Shown: positions 14,535-28,010, numbered from the stretch's first letter. The stretch: DNA of 58,907 nt from Catajapyx aquilonaris (GCA_000934665.2 KZ537987.1:124001-182907), one strand, 5' to 3'. A program made the numbers and translations. The notes: a model not told the origin generated them from the sequence alone.

Positions 14535-14928
14535 GTGAGGTTTTTGGATGGGAGGGATACGGGGGAATGTATTTCCAGGACTGGAGACTTGCTCGGGTGG
14601 GTGACGTCGAGGGTTCCGGATGGATGGGGTTGGTTTGGTGCAAAGGCGGTGGCCAATCCATTCCGACCGGTGTTTACAGGGTTGGAGCTAAGCTGTCACG
14701 CGTGTGGTAGTTTTGTTTCTGTCTTGAGCTGTCCCGGTAGATTGGATTGGGCTTGGCACGGACGAGTCGAACTGCAGAAACTTTCTGGGATTGCAGCTGG
14801 CAACCTTGTCCGTAACTGTTGGTTTGTCACTTAACTAACGGTTAACTGCCTTGGGGTGATATTTTCCTAGGTATGTTACATGAAGGCTATGTTGGGATGT
14901 AACATTTAATAGCATGCATTAATGTACA

Positions 14929-15273
14929 TTAATGGTGTCTTATTGGTGGCGCCAAGGAGCGAATCGAAGCGATGTGTTTAGACTTTAGAGCCAACATGAC
15001 CACATGGAGCTAGGCCTACCTAGGTCTAGCACCATGTGGTCATGTTGGCTCCAAACACGTCGCTTCGATTCATTAATGGTGTCGTACTGATTGCGCCATG
15101 AGCCGATGGCGGCAAAAGAGCTAATTGATTCGACGTATTAAAAGCCAACAGGGTCACATGGAGCTAGGCCTAATGAGCTAGGCCTACCTATGCTTAGCTC
15201 CCTGTGGTCCTGTTGGCTCTACATCGCTTCGATTCGCCCTTTTGCCGCCATTGCCACGAGTATGACGCCAATA
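14929..15273. repeat. Two tandem palindromic MITE-like units
   Basis: Each unit folds around agccaacatgaccacatgg / ccatgtggtcatgttggct. Confidence 0.7.
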
Positions 15274-16269
15274 ATGTCCAGCACTGTACCTAGTTGAAAA
15301 TTTTGATTATTTGATAGTTGCAATCAAATGTGACGTCACATTCCAGCTGGCATCTCAGACTAACCCGGGCATTTACAAGGGTTAACCCTAAGTTGTAATT
15401 TGCTCTGTACGGAGCTGGGATGACCATTATGCTCGCCTAAGTTATTAACTCAAACGCATTTGTAACTTTAGAGGAGAGAGAGCTTGTTCCTCCAGCTCAA
15501 GTTTAAACTAATACAGTCGGTTTAATATAGTTAGGCAAATGTTTGTTGAAGTCATTTGTGTAGAAAGGTGTGACCGTAGCCTGTTGTGTACCTTTTGTGC
15601 AACAGCTCCGGAGTTTCTCTCGGTTCCGGAGCCTGATTCATCAGCGCCTTTTCTAAACCGGCCCAAGCAACCTCCAGTTTCTCTTTTATTTGATCTCTTG
15701 TTCAAATCGGTGAACGTTGGGGCTATTTTGCTTGCTTAGCCGAACCACCCTCCCCGCGTATGCTAATTTAAATTAGTGGCTATGCTGTAGACGGCGATGT
15801 ATAATTAAAGCCTGAGCCCGTGAGAAGTCAAGGCTTGGTTCTGAATAGGCTATTGCTTGTCGAACCGCACCCGATTTTTTTTATTTCCCTGTAGACTTTT
15901 GCTGAACTTTCTCTGGCTGGAACGATATGGACACAACCTGCCCGTTCAAACGATTCACCTCACTTGAAGAGTACTGTACTTACCTATAATCATGCTGAGT
16001 TGGAGTGCGTTCTAACATCAGAAAGCTGGAATACTATTATAGTCGAAAAAAGTTCTCTTTGTGTGTGCGCAGCGGATTAACTCAGCTTGTAACCCTGATT
16101 GGAAAATTCACTTGTGGGAACAGCTGCAGGAACTTAAGTCTGAGTGCTTAGAAGAGAAAAAAAATTGGTCCGAAATTTATGTCACTTTTCAAACGACTGA
16201 CATTTTCATGAGGGAAATTTGGAAAGAAAAATCTCTGAAAAAACTTTTTTTTTCCTCCACCTCCTGTAG

Positions 16270-16363
16270 TGTTCAAGGAGACGACATAGGGGCGCACATC
16301 AACGTGGGACGAACCTTCAACAACCTGAAGATGTACAAGGAAGCAGAAGAAGCCTACATGAAG
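16270..16363 (+). CDS. TMTC3: TMTC3-like exon (TPR)
   Basis: tgtag|T...AAG|gtgag, phase 2 to 0. Encodes VQGDDIGAHINVGRTFNNLKMYKEAEEAYMK. Confidence 0.9.
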
Positions 16364-17550
16364 GTGAGTGCACCCCATAGGTTTTAATAGGCCACAGCCG
16401 GGGGCCCGCTTGATTACTCATCAGCGTGTTTGCTCAGCGCGTGTTTATCTGGCAAATATTGCCTCCAAACATCAATTGTGCGATGCAATTGGCGCGGAAC
16501 AAACATGCAGGGGTTTACACCGATTTTTATGTAGCCTATTTTTGGCGCATTGTTGCGGGCTTTTTGGTCCATCCTGGTTGTAAGAAATTAAGAGAGGTGA
16601 GCACCCATCGACTGACAGTGGAAATTATTCGCAATTTTTCTGCAGAAGTGACAAAATCGGTGCTCTACTAGTATTTGGCACACCAGAAGTAGCAAGAATC
16701 CAATTCTTGGGTTCAAGTGAGGGGGGGTTGGCCCCGTTTTCACCGGAGGCTGAAGATTCATTGATTATCCGGGTGTAGAGATGTTTCAGAGTCCGTGGTT
16801 TTGCGTTGCGATCCATTCCCTCCTCCCATCCTGCTATACAAGGCTCTCATAGCTACCTCTTCCCTCGGGAATCCTCAATCCTTGGGATATGCAGAGCGGC
16901 AGGGTCGAGGCCGCCAAATTCGCCAACTTGAGCCAATTTTCTGCTTGGCAAATATCCCCCCCTCCCCTCCTTCCTCCTATACCAAACGCCCTTTCGTAAT
17001 TCCACGTCCCTCTTTAGCTGATCTAAGGATTTTCCCAGTGACAAAACCCGCACCGAAAACGCATGAAACACCTGTACAATTTGCGTTCGTCGACCTGTGC
17101 TGCGTAAGTGCGGTTGAAATAAGGGCTTGCGGATTTTCCCATCTCTCTCTCTAGTGCAAAACCCTCCCTTTCCTTTTAACCCCTCCTCTCACCCTCGACT
17201 TTGCACAAACCTCTTTCAGGAGAATTTCCTTGGAACGCCTCCCTCCCCACTGTAATCAGGGAAATAACCATGGAGGCTGCCCTTTGCCGATGAATGCCAG
17301 CCCTGTTTAGACGAGCCATTTCGAAGGAAGAAGGAAAACAGAGATGGAGAGGTCGTTCTAGGTCAACCCTTTCAAAGGGCAACGTCTGGCCTATACTTTG
17401 TAGCAGCTTGGTTCTATAATTCGGATTCAAAACGGGATCAAAATTTTGTCATTTCTTGCACAAAGCATCTTACACAATAAAGCAGATAACGTATGTTTGT
17501 ATGTCCGGGCCAGCCCCCGGACACTTATACTACATTCTGATCTTATCGCC

Positions 17551-17610
17551 TGACGGGGCGTTTTGCAGGGGGTGCTCACGTGAGAGCGCCCCCTGCAAAA
17601 CGCCCCGGCA
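17551..17610. repeat. GC-rich long hairpin, probably the centre of a MITE spanning ~17510-17665
   Basis: cggggcgttttgcagggggtgctc ... gagcgccccctgcaaaacgccccg. Confidence 0.75.
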
Positions 17611-20600
17611 GGGGGTGGGTGGGAGTGACCAGACCTGAGTATTCTAAGATCATGGTCCGGGCTACCTAATCCTCTTTTAGACTACTGATAGACTGAAACT
17701 CGGCATACTTGCCAATGAATGAAGGAAAAGTCCGAAAATTGCACGTGTCTATAGGATAGAAGTCACCCAACATTTGTAACAAAGTATCTGGTTCGTATAG
17801 CAACAAACCCGGAAATGTAGTATACTAAAAATAATATTCGGACAACCTCCTGTGGACAACAGAATAAAATAAGCCTGCTCTTAGCTGAGATTATGTGCGG
17901 AACTGTGCAAGAGACGCATTTTAGAAAATACTGTACTGGTGTGTAAGGGCTTACTCACCACGTTTTCATCAAGGTAAAAACGAGCTAATTATGCGATTAG
18001 GAGAAAGTCGTCGTCAGGCGACGCTCCCTACCCTCTCCCCACAGTTAATCAGTTAATGCGGTCAAACCGTGCATTTACTTTTATTTACTCGTGTTGTTTT
18101 AATTGGACGTTCCTGGAAACTCGGGACACTCATGTCAAAAACAATGGCCGTCAATTCGATTGAGATTACACCGCTGATTGTTACGTGATGTACAACAGCC
18201 CAATTGAGGAAATTGACTCATTTGGAACCAGTCATCGGCAGGGTTGCCAATCTCTCGTAGTATAAACGGGAAAGGTTGTTGGTATTATGTTTGTCCGGGT
18301 TACCTAAACTACTGAGAGTACTAAAACTTTGCACACTTGTGGATTAACGTTGTGGTTAAGTTGTCTAATTATGCAAATATGAAATTGCAAATTGTTTTAT
18401 CGTAAATTTTTTTGCATATTCAATATAACGTAAACAATTAATATCTGAAGTTTCTTCTTGCTGTTCTGTCCAGATCACCATAATATTTGATCGTGATAGT
18501 ACTTCGTGTACTGATGAGTAATGTACTTGCGTGCGTTAGACTCTTCTGCCTCGTAAGTGGGACACAGGTCTCCAGGTCACTTGCCCAATATACACTACCC
18601 CACTTATAGACCTCTCCCCCACTTGACCTTCAGTCGACTTGATCGATCTCTGGTGTGAGGATGATAAATGGGATTTTTGGCCCCCCCTCTCACACCCTAC
18701 CCCCCCCCCCTCTCTCTCTCTCCAGCTCCCGCAGCGCAATGATTAAAAGATTCTCGACCAATAAAACATGGCGCCTGATTAAAAAATGCAGTGTATAGGT
18801 CCCCAGGGCCTGGAGTCTTGAGACTTTATTTTTGCACTTGGTGTGTGAATAATGGATGAGGACACCTGCTCAATAATGCACGCTCGCCTCTCGCCTCGTC
18901 CAATGTACAACTTTAATATACAATTAAGCTTTGGGACATCCTATCGGAACTGTATTGGTTTCTTATGCGTTTGAATATGTACGGGTTGGTTGTAACACCG
19001 GCCCTGGAATTTCTCCAGGTATTAAACTCCGGGGATTTAGTGCAAATCATTGGAGAGGGGCCCAGGAGTTTTGGTGTGCACCAAACTTGCTCTGGAGCTT
19101 CATATCGAGGAACAATGAGGCATGTGGTTCGATTTCTGTGGGTCGGTAATTAGAAAAGTAATTGGAGAGAGGAGGAGGAACCAACAGGTCAACAGTTCGG
19201 CCGGAAAAGGACCGGAAAGGGTTAATCGCAGATTAATTCTCAACCGATTTTGGGAGACAATTGTTGGAATTTTTGTTCCACTGATAAGTTATCAGTAGCG
19301 CGTTTTCTTACATAAAAATTGGTCTGGTTGTGCAGAAAATTGGTTCCGAGCCTGAGTAAACAAGTGACATATTTTTTTAAAAATGGAAGTGCATCATTTA
19401 TATGCGGGGGATTGAAATAGGATGGTATCGACTATACGCCCCTCTATTGAGAGAGAGCCTGGTAGTTTTAATGTATGGATTGAGGTAGGAGTCGCATTTA
19501 TAATAGAAGCATGAGGAGTAGTAGATTGGGGATGCATTTTTTTTTGCGACGAAAAAAAAAACTAGGAATTCGGGGAGGCCAGAAAATGTAGGACAGCAAA
19601 TGTTGAGTTTTAATTCGCTCTTCGATTTCCGATTTTCAATCCCCGTAACAAAAATCTGATTAAACTTTTTTGTTATCCCGTCCCGTCCCTATAGTGTACC
19701 CAATCTGAGTGACAAAAGTTGTGACGGCAGATTTGTTGGATGCTGCATTTTTTTGTGACACGAAAAAAAAAAAAAAAGGTGAGGCCTATCTCTGGGTCCT
19801 CTGGTTGTGAAAAGCCGGTTCTCTCCCTCCCTTTTACATTGATTTGTAGCTGCAGCTTGTACCGGAACGTGCTCGCCTGACAGTCCACCAGTGTTAAATG
19901 CACTTCCACCGTTCCCGGACACCTTGTAAAGCAACCTTCAATATCGGGTTTAGTCGAGTCCTCCAGCTGACGGGGGACCCATCCTGACATTTAGGACCTC
20001 AGGTGTACCCAATCCATTAACTTTTTAGCGAGAGAAAAAAAAATAATTACCTGGTAGCCTCCATTTAAACGTTTTATTCGTACGATATTGTGTTCGTAAG
20101 ACACAACAAAATATAAGTAAAAATATTCTTGAAAGCCCTGGGTCTATAGTTATAGAAGGGGGCTAAAAGGGGATGAGAGACTGAGGGCGCAAAATCAATA
20201 CTGACCCCGTAATTCCAATCCCAGGGGCTGCAAGTAAAGCCCCGGGAAGGGTTCAAATTTACGGCGGAGTTTTTGGGAGAAAAAAGGGGTGAGGGGGTGA
20301 GGTGGGAAGAAGACTTGTTGACGATTTACCTTATATTGGGGCCCACGACCTGGCCTCCCAAGTTTGCACGTACACAGTGTACGTAAATCACGCCTCGTTA
20401 TGTACCTTTTCGAATTTAATGCTGGTACCGCAATTATTGAATTTTTTCATGGACGGAGAAGGCAAAGGTCACATATTACGCAAAATGCGCAATTACACAC
20501 ATGGGGTCATCGGTTTGCCTTTAAGGATCTGGAGGGTAATTAGTGCGTACTATTTTTTTTAGAAGTTCTGTACTTGCCTCCTATTTAAAGACCACTGGGC

Positions 20601-21435
20601 ACAACAGGTGGTTTTGAATTCCATTTTTTTAAATAATAAAAAAACATTGCGCATTTTAATTCATGTTGCACGCGAGCTGACCAAAATTTTTGTAGTTTCA
20701 ACCCAGATTAGCGTACAGTGTCTTCGCGTGAGTGGAAACAATACAAGGCACAAAATTGCCTGAGAGTCGAGACACGTTGTGAGCTGGGAACCGACGGTTT
20801 GTTATACTCACTCATACCAGGCTGAGAACATAATTACCAGAAATAGCGGGCGTACGGCACCGACAAAACAACGAGTAATTACACCGTACATTTGCCAAAT
20901 TTTTTTGTAAATTCGTCCCCCCTCATCACCCCCCACTGGGCCAACAACATGTCGTAGCTAAAGGCATTTCGTGATTGACCCCGATGTATCATTCTGAATG
21001 GGTATGACATGCGGGCTGATGACACACGTCGTTTCGGGGGGGGGGCAAGCTTTCCGGATTGATGCCCACCAGTTGCTGTGAAAATCCAGGTTGATGTCGC
21101 TCCTGTCATTTGCGGGTAACCTCTTCTATCGGATGTCACTACCTCTAACATTCGCATGGGTCCTGTAATAGGCCGCCCGTGAACTACACACCCACACGCT
21201 ATATGCACTTTGCTGCAACAAGGCATATACGCGACCCGCACATGAGGGTGGCAGGGGAATAAGTCATGGATTGCGTCCGCCAGCCATCAAATCATATGTA
21301 ATTGGCTAGGCGTGACTTTGTCCGTAAACGCGTTGACTCATCACCAATGGGATGAAGGTACTGGAGTTACCACATGGTGGGAGTAGTGTGCAGTGAGGGA
21401 GGATTCGCGCCATCTAGTTGTGACTGGAGAGCCTC

Positions 21436-21713
21436 TAGGAAGAAAGTCGCCAACTTCTCTGATTGGCTGGAATGGACTGTTTACGTGTCTTATGAAGGCC
21501 GCCATATTGCGTTTCTATGGAAATAGTGGCCGGCTCTGACGTCACGATCGACTCCAATTGGATACAACCAATAGGACTCGACCGTGACGTCCCAACCGGC
21601 CACTTTTTCCATAGCAACGCAAGATGGCGGCCTCCATGGGACACGTAAACAGTCCTTAATATTACTCCAGCCAATCAGAGAGGACGTGACGTCAGAAGTT
21701 GGCGACTCTCTAG
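21436..21713. mobile_element. Palindromic MITE, family 1 (longer copy)
   Basis: Inverted arms AGTCGCCAACTTC / GAAGTTGGCGACT. Internal sequence shared with 250-428. Confidence 0.72.
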
Positions 21714-24700
21714 TTGCTACATATCAAACTACTGTATGTCCAAGTGGGAGGCGGGCAGGGCAGTGTTGCCAAATTTTTATTGTAGAATTGGCTAGGGTTT
21801 TGTTGTCCGGGACAGCGCCATTTATGTGAGAGATAGGTAGACTGACTTTGGTTATATCTTGGTTAGATATGGAGGTGACTAAGCCATCCAATCCAGACTT
21901 TACGACCGGAGGGGTGGATTGCATGGAAAATTAATATCGCTGATTGACAGCCTGGGAATGAGATGTGCGTGATTTGAAGGGTGAGTTAGGGGTGTTGGCC
22001 ACCTACTGGCACGGTCTCCTTTGCTTGGCGCCCATGATTTTTTACGTGGTATAAAAGGGGGGGAATGTGGCTTATAGGGTGTAGGGGGTTCCTGGCCGTT
22101 TTATAATTAGCTAGCCTATCAGTTAGTGTCAGGCGATTGGACGCGCCTTGCCTTCTCCGGATGATTAATTCGTTATCGGGATGAAGGAAGCTTGCCCCAA
22201 TTACGCTGTCCTATTATTATTAAGCGGCCATATTGCTTCGGAGCCCCCCGGTCGAGTGCCGGACAAGTGGAGCCTTTTCTTCCCTTTGTGGGGGATAAAA
22301 CATCGCAACAATGTTGGACCAAGTCTGCAGTTTCCTCATCTGTGCGCTGAAGAGGAAGGTAAACACACTCATCTTCTACGCGGTGCCAATCGACTCTTCC
22401 GTATAATTTCCACTAAATGGGCGGTAGTGGGGGGAAGCTGTTTACTTGTTGCGACCTCCAAAGCTGGTAAATAAATCATTCTTTACAAAGGCAACCTTTT
22501 TTTGTATACATTTTGTGCATGATATATTTTTTAAAACACAATTCTTGGATGGCATTTTGACTTAAAATGAGTTCTCACTTTGTTATGTAGAATTGCTTCA
22601 TTTTTAGGCTTGTTTATCGGGACCACCTTTTGTGCCGGGCTTGAATGACCATACCTCGAAAAGACGTTTATCAGGCTGCCGCGTATATGAAGCCTATTGT
22701 GTGAAGGTACGTTATTCATTAGAGTTACACCCACACGTTTTCGTCACGCACTCCATTGTCTGCGGTGTCCGATAAGCATCTAATTGCTTGCCAAATGGTT
22801 TCCTTAACTAACCTTCCCCTACTCTAAGTGGGTGATTAAAGAGTTGGCTCTTTATTGCTGAAAATATGGCGGGTCCGAAATAGGTGATACATGAGCCTTT
22901 TAAAAAATTATCTCCCTGCCATGCAAGCATCGTTTTTCACCATGCATAGAAAATAAGTTTTGCTTTTGTTGATGATTTAGAAGGTTATTAAAATTCGAAA
23001 ATTGCTTAATTATTTAGCAATTTTCGCGACTCAGGAGGTCAGTCACCCTGCCCTTTTTGGTTGGCATTGCAGAGAGTAGTCTACTATATATATGAGTGTG
23101 TCTGACGTGAGTCTGGGACACACCCAGAACACAGAGCAACCTCCTTTTTTTCTGTGCAGATAATAAGCCTGAGGGGCCTCGCGACGTCTTGGACTCCTTT
23201 TCTTCTTTTTGGGGGGTCCGTTCCTTTCTTTCTTTTCCTTTTCTTTTTTTTACTTTAGTTGGACGCGTCTGACAAGTCTGATTCCTCTGGTTGTTGCCGC
23301 GCGGGGTCCTCCCAAAGGCGTCATTTATCATGGGCCTGCTTCCAGGCTGTTGTTTCACTGGAAATCGCTGGGGCCGCTGGGACTCCTCGTCTTCTCATGC
23401 TCGTGATAAAAGCCGCCAATTGTGCTCCCAGATTGGGACATCCATGGGCAAACTTTTGGTGGTTGGAAAGTCACTGCAGCATTAAGAGGTTGGGGAGGGA
23501 ATGCTGCGATTTTGTGATCAGCCCCGTGGGCTAATCACCATAAGCTGACGGATATTGGTTGTGTTATATCGACGGCCAATAATATCGGCGCCTTACGAGA
23601 GAGAAGCCCATCTAGTTTTAAAGTGGCCTCTGTATAGACTACCAGGGTGCTGGGGGAGCCCTGCTGATAGTCGATGCTCAAACATTGTTGTGCAAACGCG
23701 GCAATTTTCCCTCCTTTCATCACCCCCAGTGCACACTTTAGTAGCAGCAGCAGTTTGTAATAACGTAGCCACATCATCAACAAAGATTTCAATTTGCCGC
23801 TGTGCTCTTGTCGTTTTCAAAGCGGTCGCAGGGGGTATTGGCCGGTGGCGTATAGCCCTCCAGGATCTGCCCGCAGGTTAGTTTATCACGGTGGCAGAGA
23901 GAAGGGCCAATGTTTGTTGTAATCAAGGCTTTAGCCCCCCCACACACAGCCATCGCGCTTGCTGCTATTACATGCAGCTGCTGAATTCGCGTGTCGTTTC
24001 GATCCGGACGCCAAAGAGAAAGGGAGTAAGAGACCAACACTTTTAACCTCTACTAATAAATAAATAAACAAATACAATTAAATGATGCTAGATCAAAACC
24101 CGCTGCAGGGAGTGCGCTCTCCTGTAAAAATTTCATGAGGGTTGTCACGTTTTTCAACCACATCCCTCGAATAATCTAGCAACAATGTGGCGGAGGCAAC
24201 AGCGTTATTAGGCCGTGTGTTTAATAATTATGGGCTGGATTTTTGTTTGAAGGTCGGTCCTGTATAGTATTGATCATGGCGTTCCAAACATTTAGAGCTG
24301 CTGCTGCTGTTGGGTTTATGTATATATTATTGGGATTTGCGTGAGGCGTGTCAACAGAGCGGATTGGAATGTTGACAGCCGCACTGTGCCAGTGAAGGTC
24401 AGCGGAATATATCAGGGTGGGGCTTTTTCCAAAAAAAAAATTGTTGCAAATTTTGATAATTCAGTGGATTGCTAATTGTTAGAAACATGCATGGTATTAG
24501 TGAGGTGTTGAATGCTAGAACAAAACCCCTGGCCGATATTATCACAGCATTTTTGAGGCTTATTGCTTATATAAGACGCCCTGCATTTTTCCGTCAGTTT
24601 TTAAATAGTCGTTTTAGGAAGGGCTCAGGTTGCGCCTGGCCCAATTGACACCATCTGGTTCCAAGTAAAAATAGCCAGCAAATGGCCAGAATGTAAGCAT

Positions 24701-25486
24701 TTTGGTGGGTGGGGGTGGGGGGTGGGGTGGTGGATAGGAGGAAAATCCCCCAGGATGGCGTGGCTGGTCCTCATTAAAATCCGGGTACACTGCTAATTTC
24801 CACTAATGTTTTTCTGAACGATTGCGCCTGCGACTGGTACTGGCTCTAATTGCAAGGAATGGGAAAAATTTTTGCAACACTCCCTTTTCCTATGAGAATT
24901 TGATCAGGTTGCCCTGATTGGATTTTTTTCGCCTTCCCCCCCTCTCTCTATTTTTTATATATATATTGAGGTGCATGTGTGGTTTGTGGTCCTTATCTGC
25001 TTTGTACGAGTGTTGTGACAGGTCGGTTCGAATTTGAATAAGTCCCTCCCCGGATTGTTGAGTCCCCCGTATCTGAAGGCGCCAGAATTTCCCCCTGGAA
25101 AAAAAAATCCTGGAGGCCCTCAACCTTATCCAAGTACCCCCGCTGCCTTTTCCTAGTCAGATCTATCAAACATCGTGGTCCTAATCCTCCAATAGCAGCA
25201 GGAGGTTGCTAGAGGGGAAGACTTGGTCGTATGCTTAGAAGGAAACGAGCAATTTTTCACGCGTGTATCCTCCTCCCATACAGATGATAATGTGATCATC
25301 CCCAAAGTCCAAACAAGCCGTGGTGTGGGGGAGATAGGGAGGGCCATCCAGCCCCACTTGCGAATGGAAATTGGGCTCCATTAAGGCTGTGCTAGGGTGC
25401 GATGAGGAGCCTAGGGAGAAGGGGAGAGGACCTCCCCTTGTTACCAGCCAAACCTCAGACTGACGTCACTGGTTTATGACGCTTGA

Positions 25487-25680
25487 TCTTTCTCCTAATG
25501 GGTTTATTATCTCCTACGGATGTTTGTCTGATCTGATAGTATCGCTATCTCTCGCACGATCTGAGGGTGGCAGTAGTGTGCGGGGCCATCTATGCGTGAA
25601 GTTTAGTGGTAAATCGGCGGACCATCTCATTAAAGTTGTCTGATTCTCATGCTGTCAAATTTTGGCAACGGATTCACTAG
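25487..25680 (+). mobile_element. Non-autonomous Helitron-like element (~194 bp)
   Basis: A|TC...CTAG|T boundaries and an imperfect subterminal hairpin. Homologous over its full length to 33441-33642 on the other strand. Confidence 0.7.
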
Positions 25681-25777
25681 TGGGTACATAATACGAAAAA
25701 TTTAACGTCAATTTTTATTAGACACTAGAATGACTTGATAACTTGCAATTATAAAGCAAAATACAACAAAAGTTGCT

Positions 25778-27046
25778 CTAAAATGATATGCCACAGTGTT
25801 TCAGTGAGTACTTCATTTCTTCAAAGGCGCTTACAAAGTGGTGCTTGAATAGCTCGGCTGTTTGTGGGTCGATTCTGGTGTTCTTGACCGCGTCCATGAG
25901 TATCCCGATCGGGTCTAATTCCTGGTCAGTAGTCCCTGGATCCACAAATGTCGACTTGGGAAAGAGCCGGATAGCCAGAAAGGTTGGCACGAAATTCAGT
26001 ATCAAAGCACTGCGTCGTCTGAAGTCCTCGGTCATTTCCTCCAGTGTGAACCCGCAGTCTTCAACGCCCAGTGAACTGACAGCCGACGTGAATTCCTTGT
26101 AATATATGCCCAACAATTGGTCCAGATGCTTCTTTCTCAGCTCCGGACTTGTGCTGGAGAAGAAGAAGTAGACCAGGTCCACAGTCAGAGCCTCCATTCG
26201 AAGCAGCTGCATGTCGAACATGACCACTTGGGTGGGATTTCCGTCCGAGTCGTACTTGAACATCATATTGTTGCTCCAACAATCTCCGTGGTTGATGACC
26301 TCGAACGGACCTGGATTTTGGACTAGTTGGATCGAAATGTCGTACCCTTTGTCCCCCACAGCTCGCATTTCTTTCACCGTCTTTTGGTACTTTGCGTCCT
26401 TTTCTAGCAACGTCAGACTGTTCTTAATCCCCTTCATGCTCATGTCGAAAAAGACTTCTTTGCCGGATTGTGAGAATACTTTTTCTTCCAAGAAGGGCCA
26501 TTCTTGCTTCGTGGGCCGACCTGTCTCCTTCAGCATGGCGAAGGAAGCCGCGTGGTAATTGGCCAGCGCCTCTAGGAACAGGCTGCAATGGGCAAAGTCC
26601 TGTCCTTCTCGACTCTTGTTGAACATCCGAAAGCCTTCCTTTGTTAAATTTTCCAAAGCAATCGCGTCAATTATGTCATCGTATTTGGCGTAGTAACACA
26701 CCGGAAAACGGAGCGGTATTGGACGACTTGCATTGATGGAACAAAATTCTTTCAACTCCGGTACAACCACCTCGTAGAATTTGATTTCCTTGAGCGAAAT
26801 CAGGTTGCTTCGCATCCTGTCTTGGTGCACTTCGTTGCTCGAGTTGTACTTGACGAACAGGTGCACTTCTTCAGCAGTTTTGTCTCCCAGGACATAGTCG
26901 ACTTCGAGTAGCTCTGTGGCGCTGACGAAATGGTCACCCGCCATGTCCTGCTGCTCCACTGTCATTTTGGTGATGACCAGACTCGGGTCGCTTTTAAGGA
27001 GTCGCATTGACGACTGCAGATCGTTGAGAGGGATGCACTTTGACAT
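25778..27046 (-). CDS. Ecdysteroid kinase-like (EcKL / CHK kinase-like) protein, copy 1, 422 aa
   Basis: Uninterrupted ORF with GDHFVS, LFVK, EIKFYE, LENL, LANYHA, the catalytic HGDCWSNNMMF motif, DMQ and DLVYFFF. AATAAA at 25714-25719 (-). Confidence 0.92.
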   Translation of the reverse strand: MSKCIPLNDLQSSMRLLKSDPSLVITKMTVEQQDMAGDHFVSATELLEVDYVLGDKTAEEVHLFVKYNSSNEVHQDRMRSNLISLKEIKFYEVVVPELKEFCSINASRPIPLRFPVCYYAKYDDIIDAIALENLTKEGFRMFNKSREGQDFAHCSLFLEALANYHAASFAMLKETGRPTKQEWPFLEEKVFSQSGKEVFFDMSMKGIKNSLTLLEKDAKYQKTVKEMRAVGDKGYDISIQLVQNPGPFEVINHGDCWSNNMMFKYDSDGNPTQVVMFDMQLLRMEALTVDLVYFFFSSTSPELRKKHLDQLLGIYYKEFTSAVSSLGVEDCGFTLEEMTEDFRRRSALILNFVPTFLAIRLFPKSTFVDPGTTDQELDPIGILMDAVKNTRIDPQTAELFKHHFVSAFEEMKYSLKHCGISF

Positions 27047-27056
27047 GGTCGTAAGC

Positions 27057-27411
27057 CTGAAACTGGTTTAAAATCGTCCTGTAAGTTACGAATGTTCGCA
27101 TTATGAATGTCTGGTTGCTGCTCATTATGTAAACTCATTGAACGAGGAAAGCAGATAAGAGCAGATGGAGATATCACTATTTGAACATGGAGGGAGCATT
27201 ATTGGGGATTGTAAAATGGTTATAACCGACACCTAATGTCATGTTAATTCAGTGACACTTCCCTATTACAGTAATATGGCAATTAAACAGCTGGTTTATG
27301 ACTCAAACTGTCAACACATTACTTGATCTGCAAGTCAGCCAGTAATACATGTTCATAAGTATATGTTTGTGACAGAATTTGCATTGTAGAATAAGCAAAA
27401 AAGTCCAGTAC
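27057..27411 (-). other. Predicted 5'-UTR intron of EcKL copy 1 (equivalents at 29287-29566 and 31568-31668)
   Basis: All three copies keep a CAG|GTAC donor and a YAG acceptor 10-12 nt before the ATG, while the sequence between varies in length (355, 280 and 101 bp). Confidence 0.65.
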
Positions 27412-27459
27412 CTGTACAGATGAATTAAATGAAACTACCACTGCTTCTGCGTTGTCCCA

Positions 27460-27560
27460 GATTGTGACTCGAGACCACATCTTATCCTCGAAGTGGCCTT
27501 TATCAGTGAAGGACAGAATCAGGAATGTTAAAAAAGCAAGTGTGAGATAACATTATCGAG
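27460..27560 (-). promoter_or_regulatory. Conserved GATA-rich putative core promoter of the EcKL genes (also ~29610-29710 and ~31720-31800)
   Basis: Block conserved in all three copies just upstream of the non-coding first exon, with several GATA motifs. Confidence 0.45.
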
Positions 27561-28010
27561 CTTTTACATTGCTAAGGACGTAATATTATTGCATGGATAT
27601 GGTAGCGTTGTTTACTTACGTTATTGCACACAGGTTTAGTTATGTAGCACAATATGCATTAGAATGTTATTTTACCCAAAATGTGGGCCATGGTCTTTTA
27701 GAGCCGACAACAGTAGTACTGCTTGTATATACATCCGTTAGAAAATGATGTACAGAACAAACGTATATTTTTGAGGGGCAGAAGTTAAAATACTGTATAT
27801 TTACAGACCATGAAATAGGTTTGTCAGCTTAGAGCGGAATGTTGTCATTGTCGCCAAGACCAAGGGTTTCGAATATGTGGAAATGCATATCAACTGCAGA
27901 AAAAACTGGTGGGTATATAGTGTATATATAAAACGAAAACTGTAACGTGCAATTATTTTTATTAGACACTGTATAAGAAAACGCATAAGCAAAACGCAAC
28001 AAAAATTGTG

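Noticed and set aside
16594..16610. Second donor-like sequence aggtgagcaccc downstream of the TMTC3 exon
   Set aside because: An in-frame stop at 16385-16387 precedes it, so it cannot extend the coding exon.
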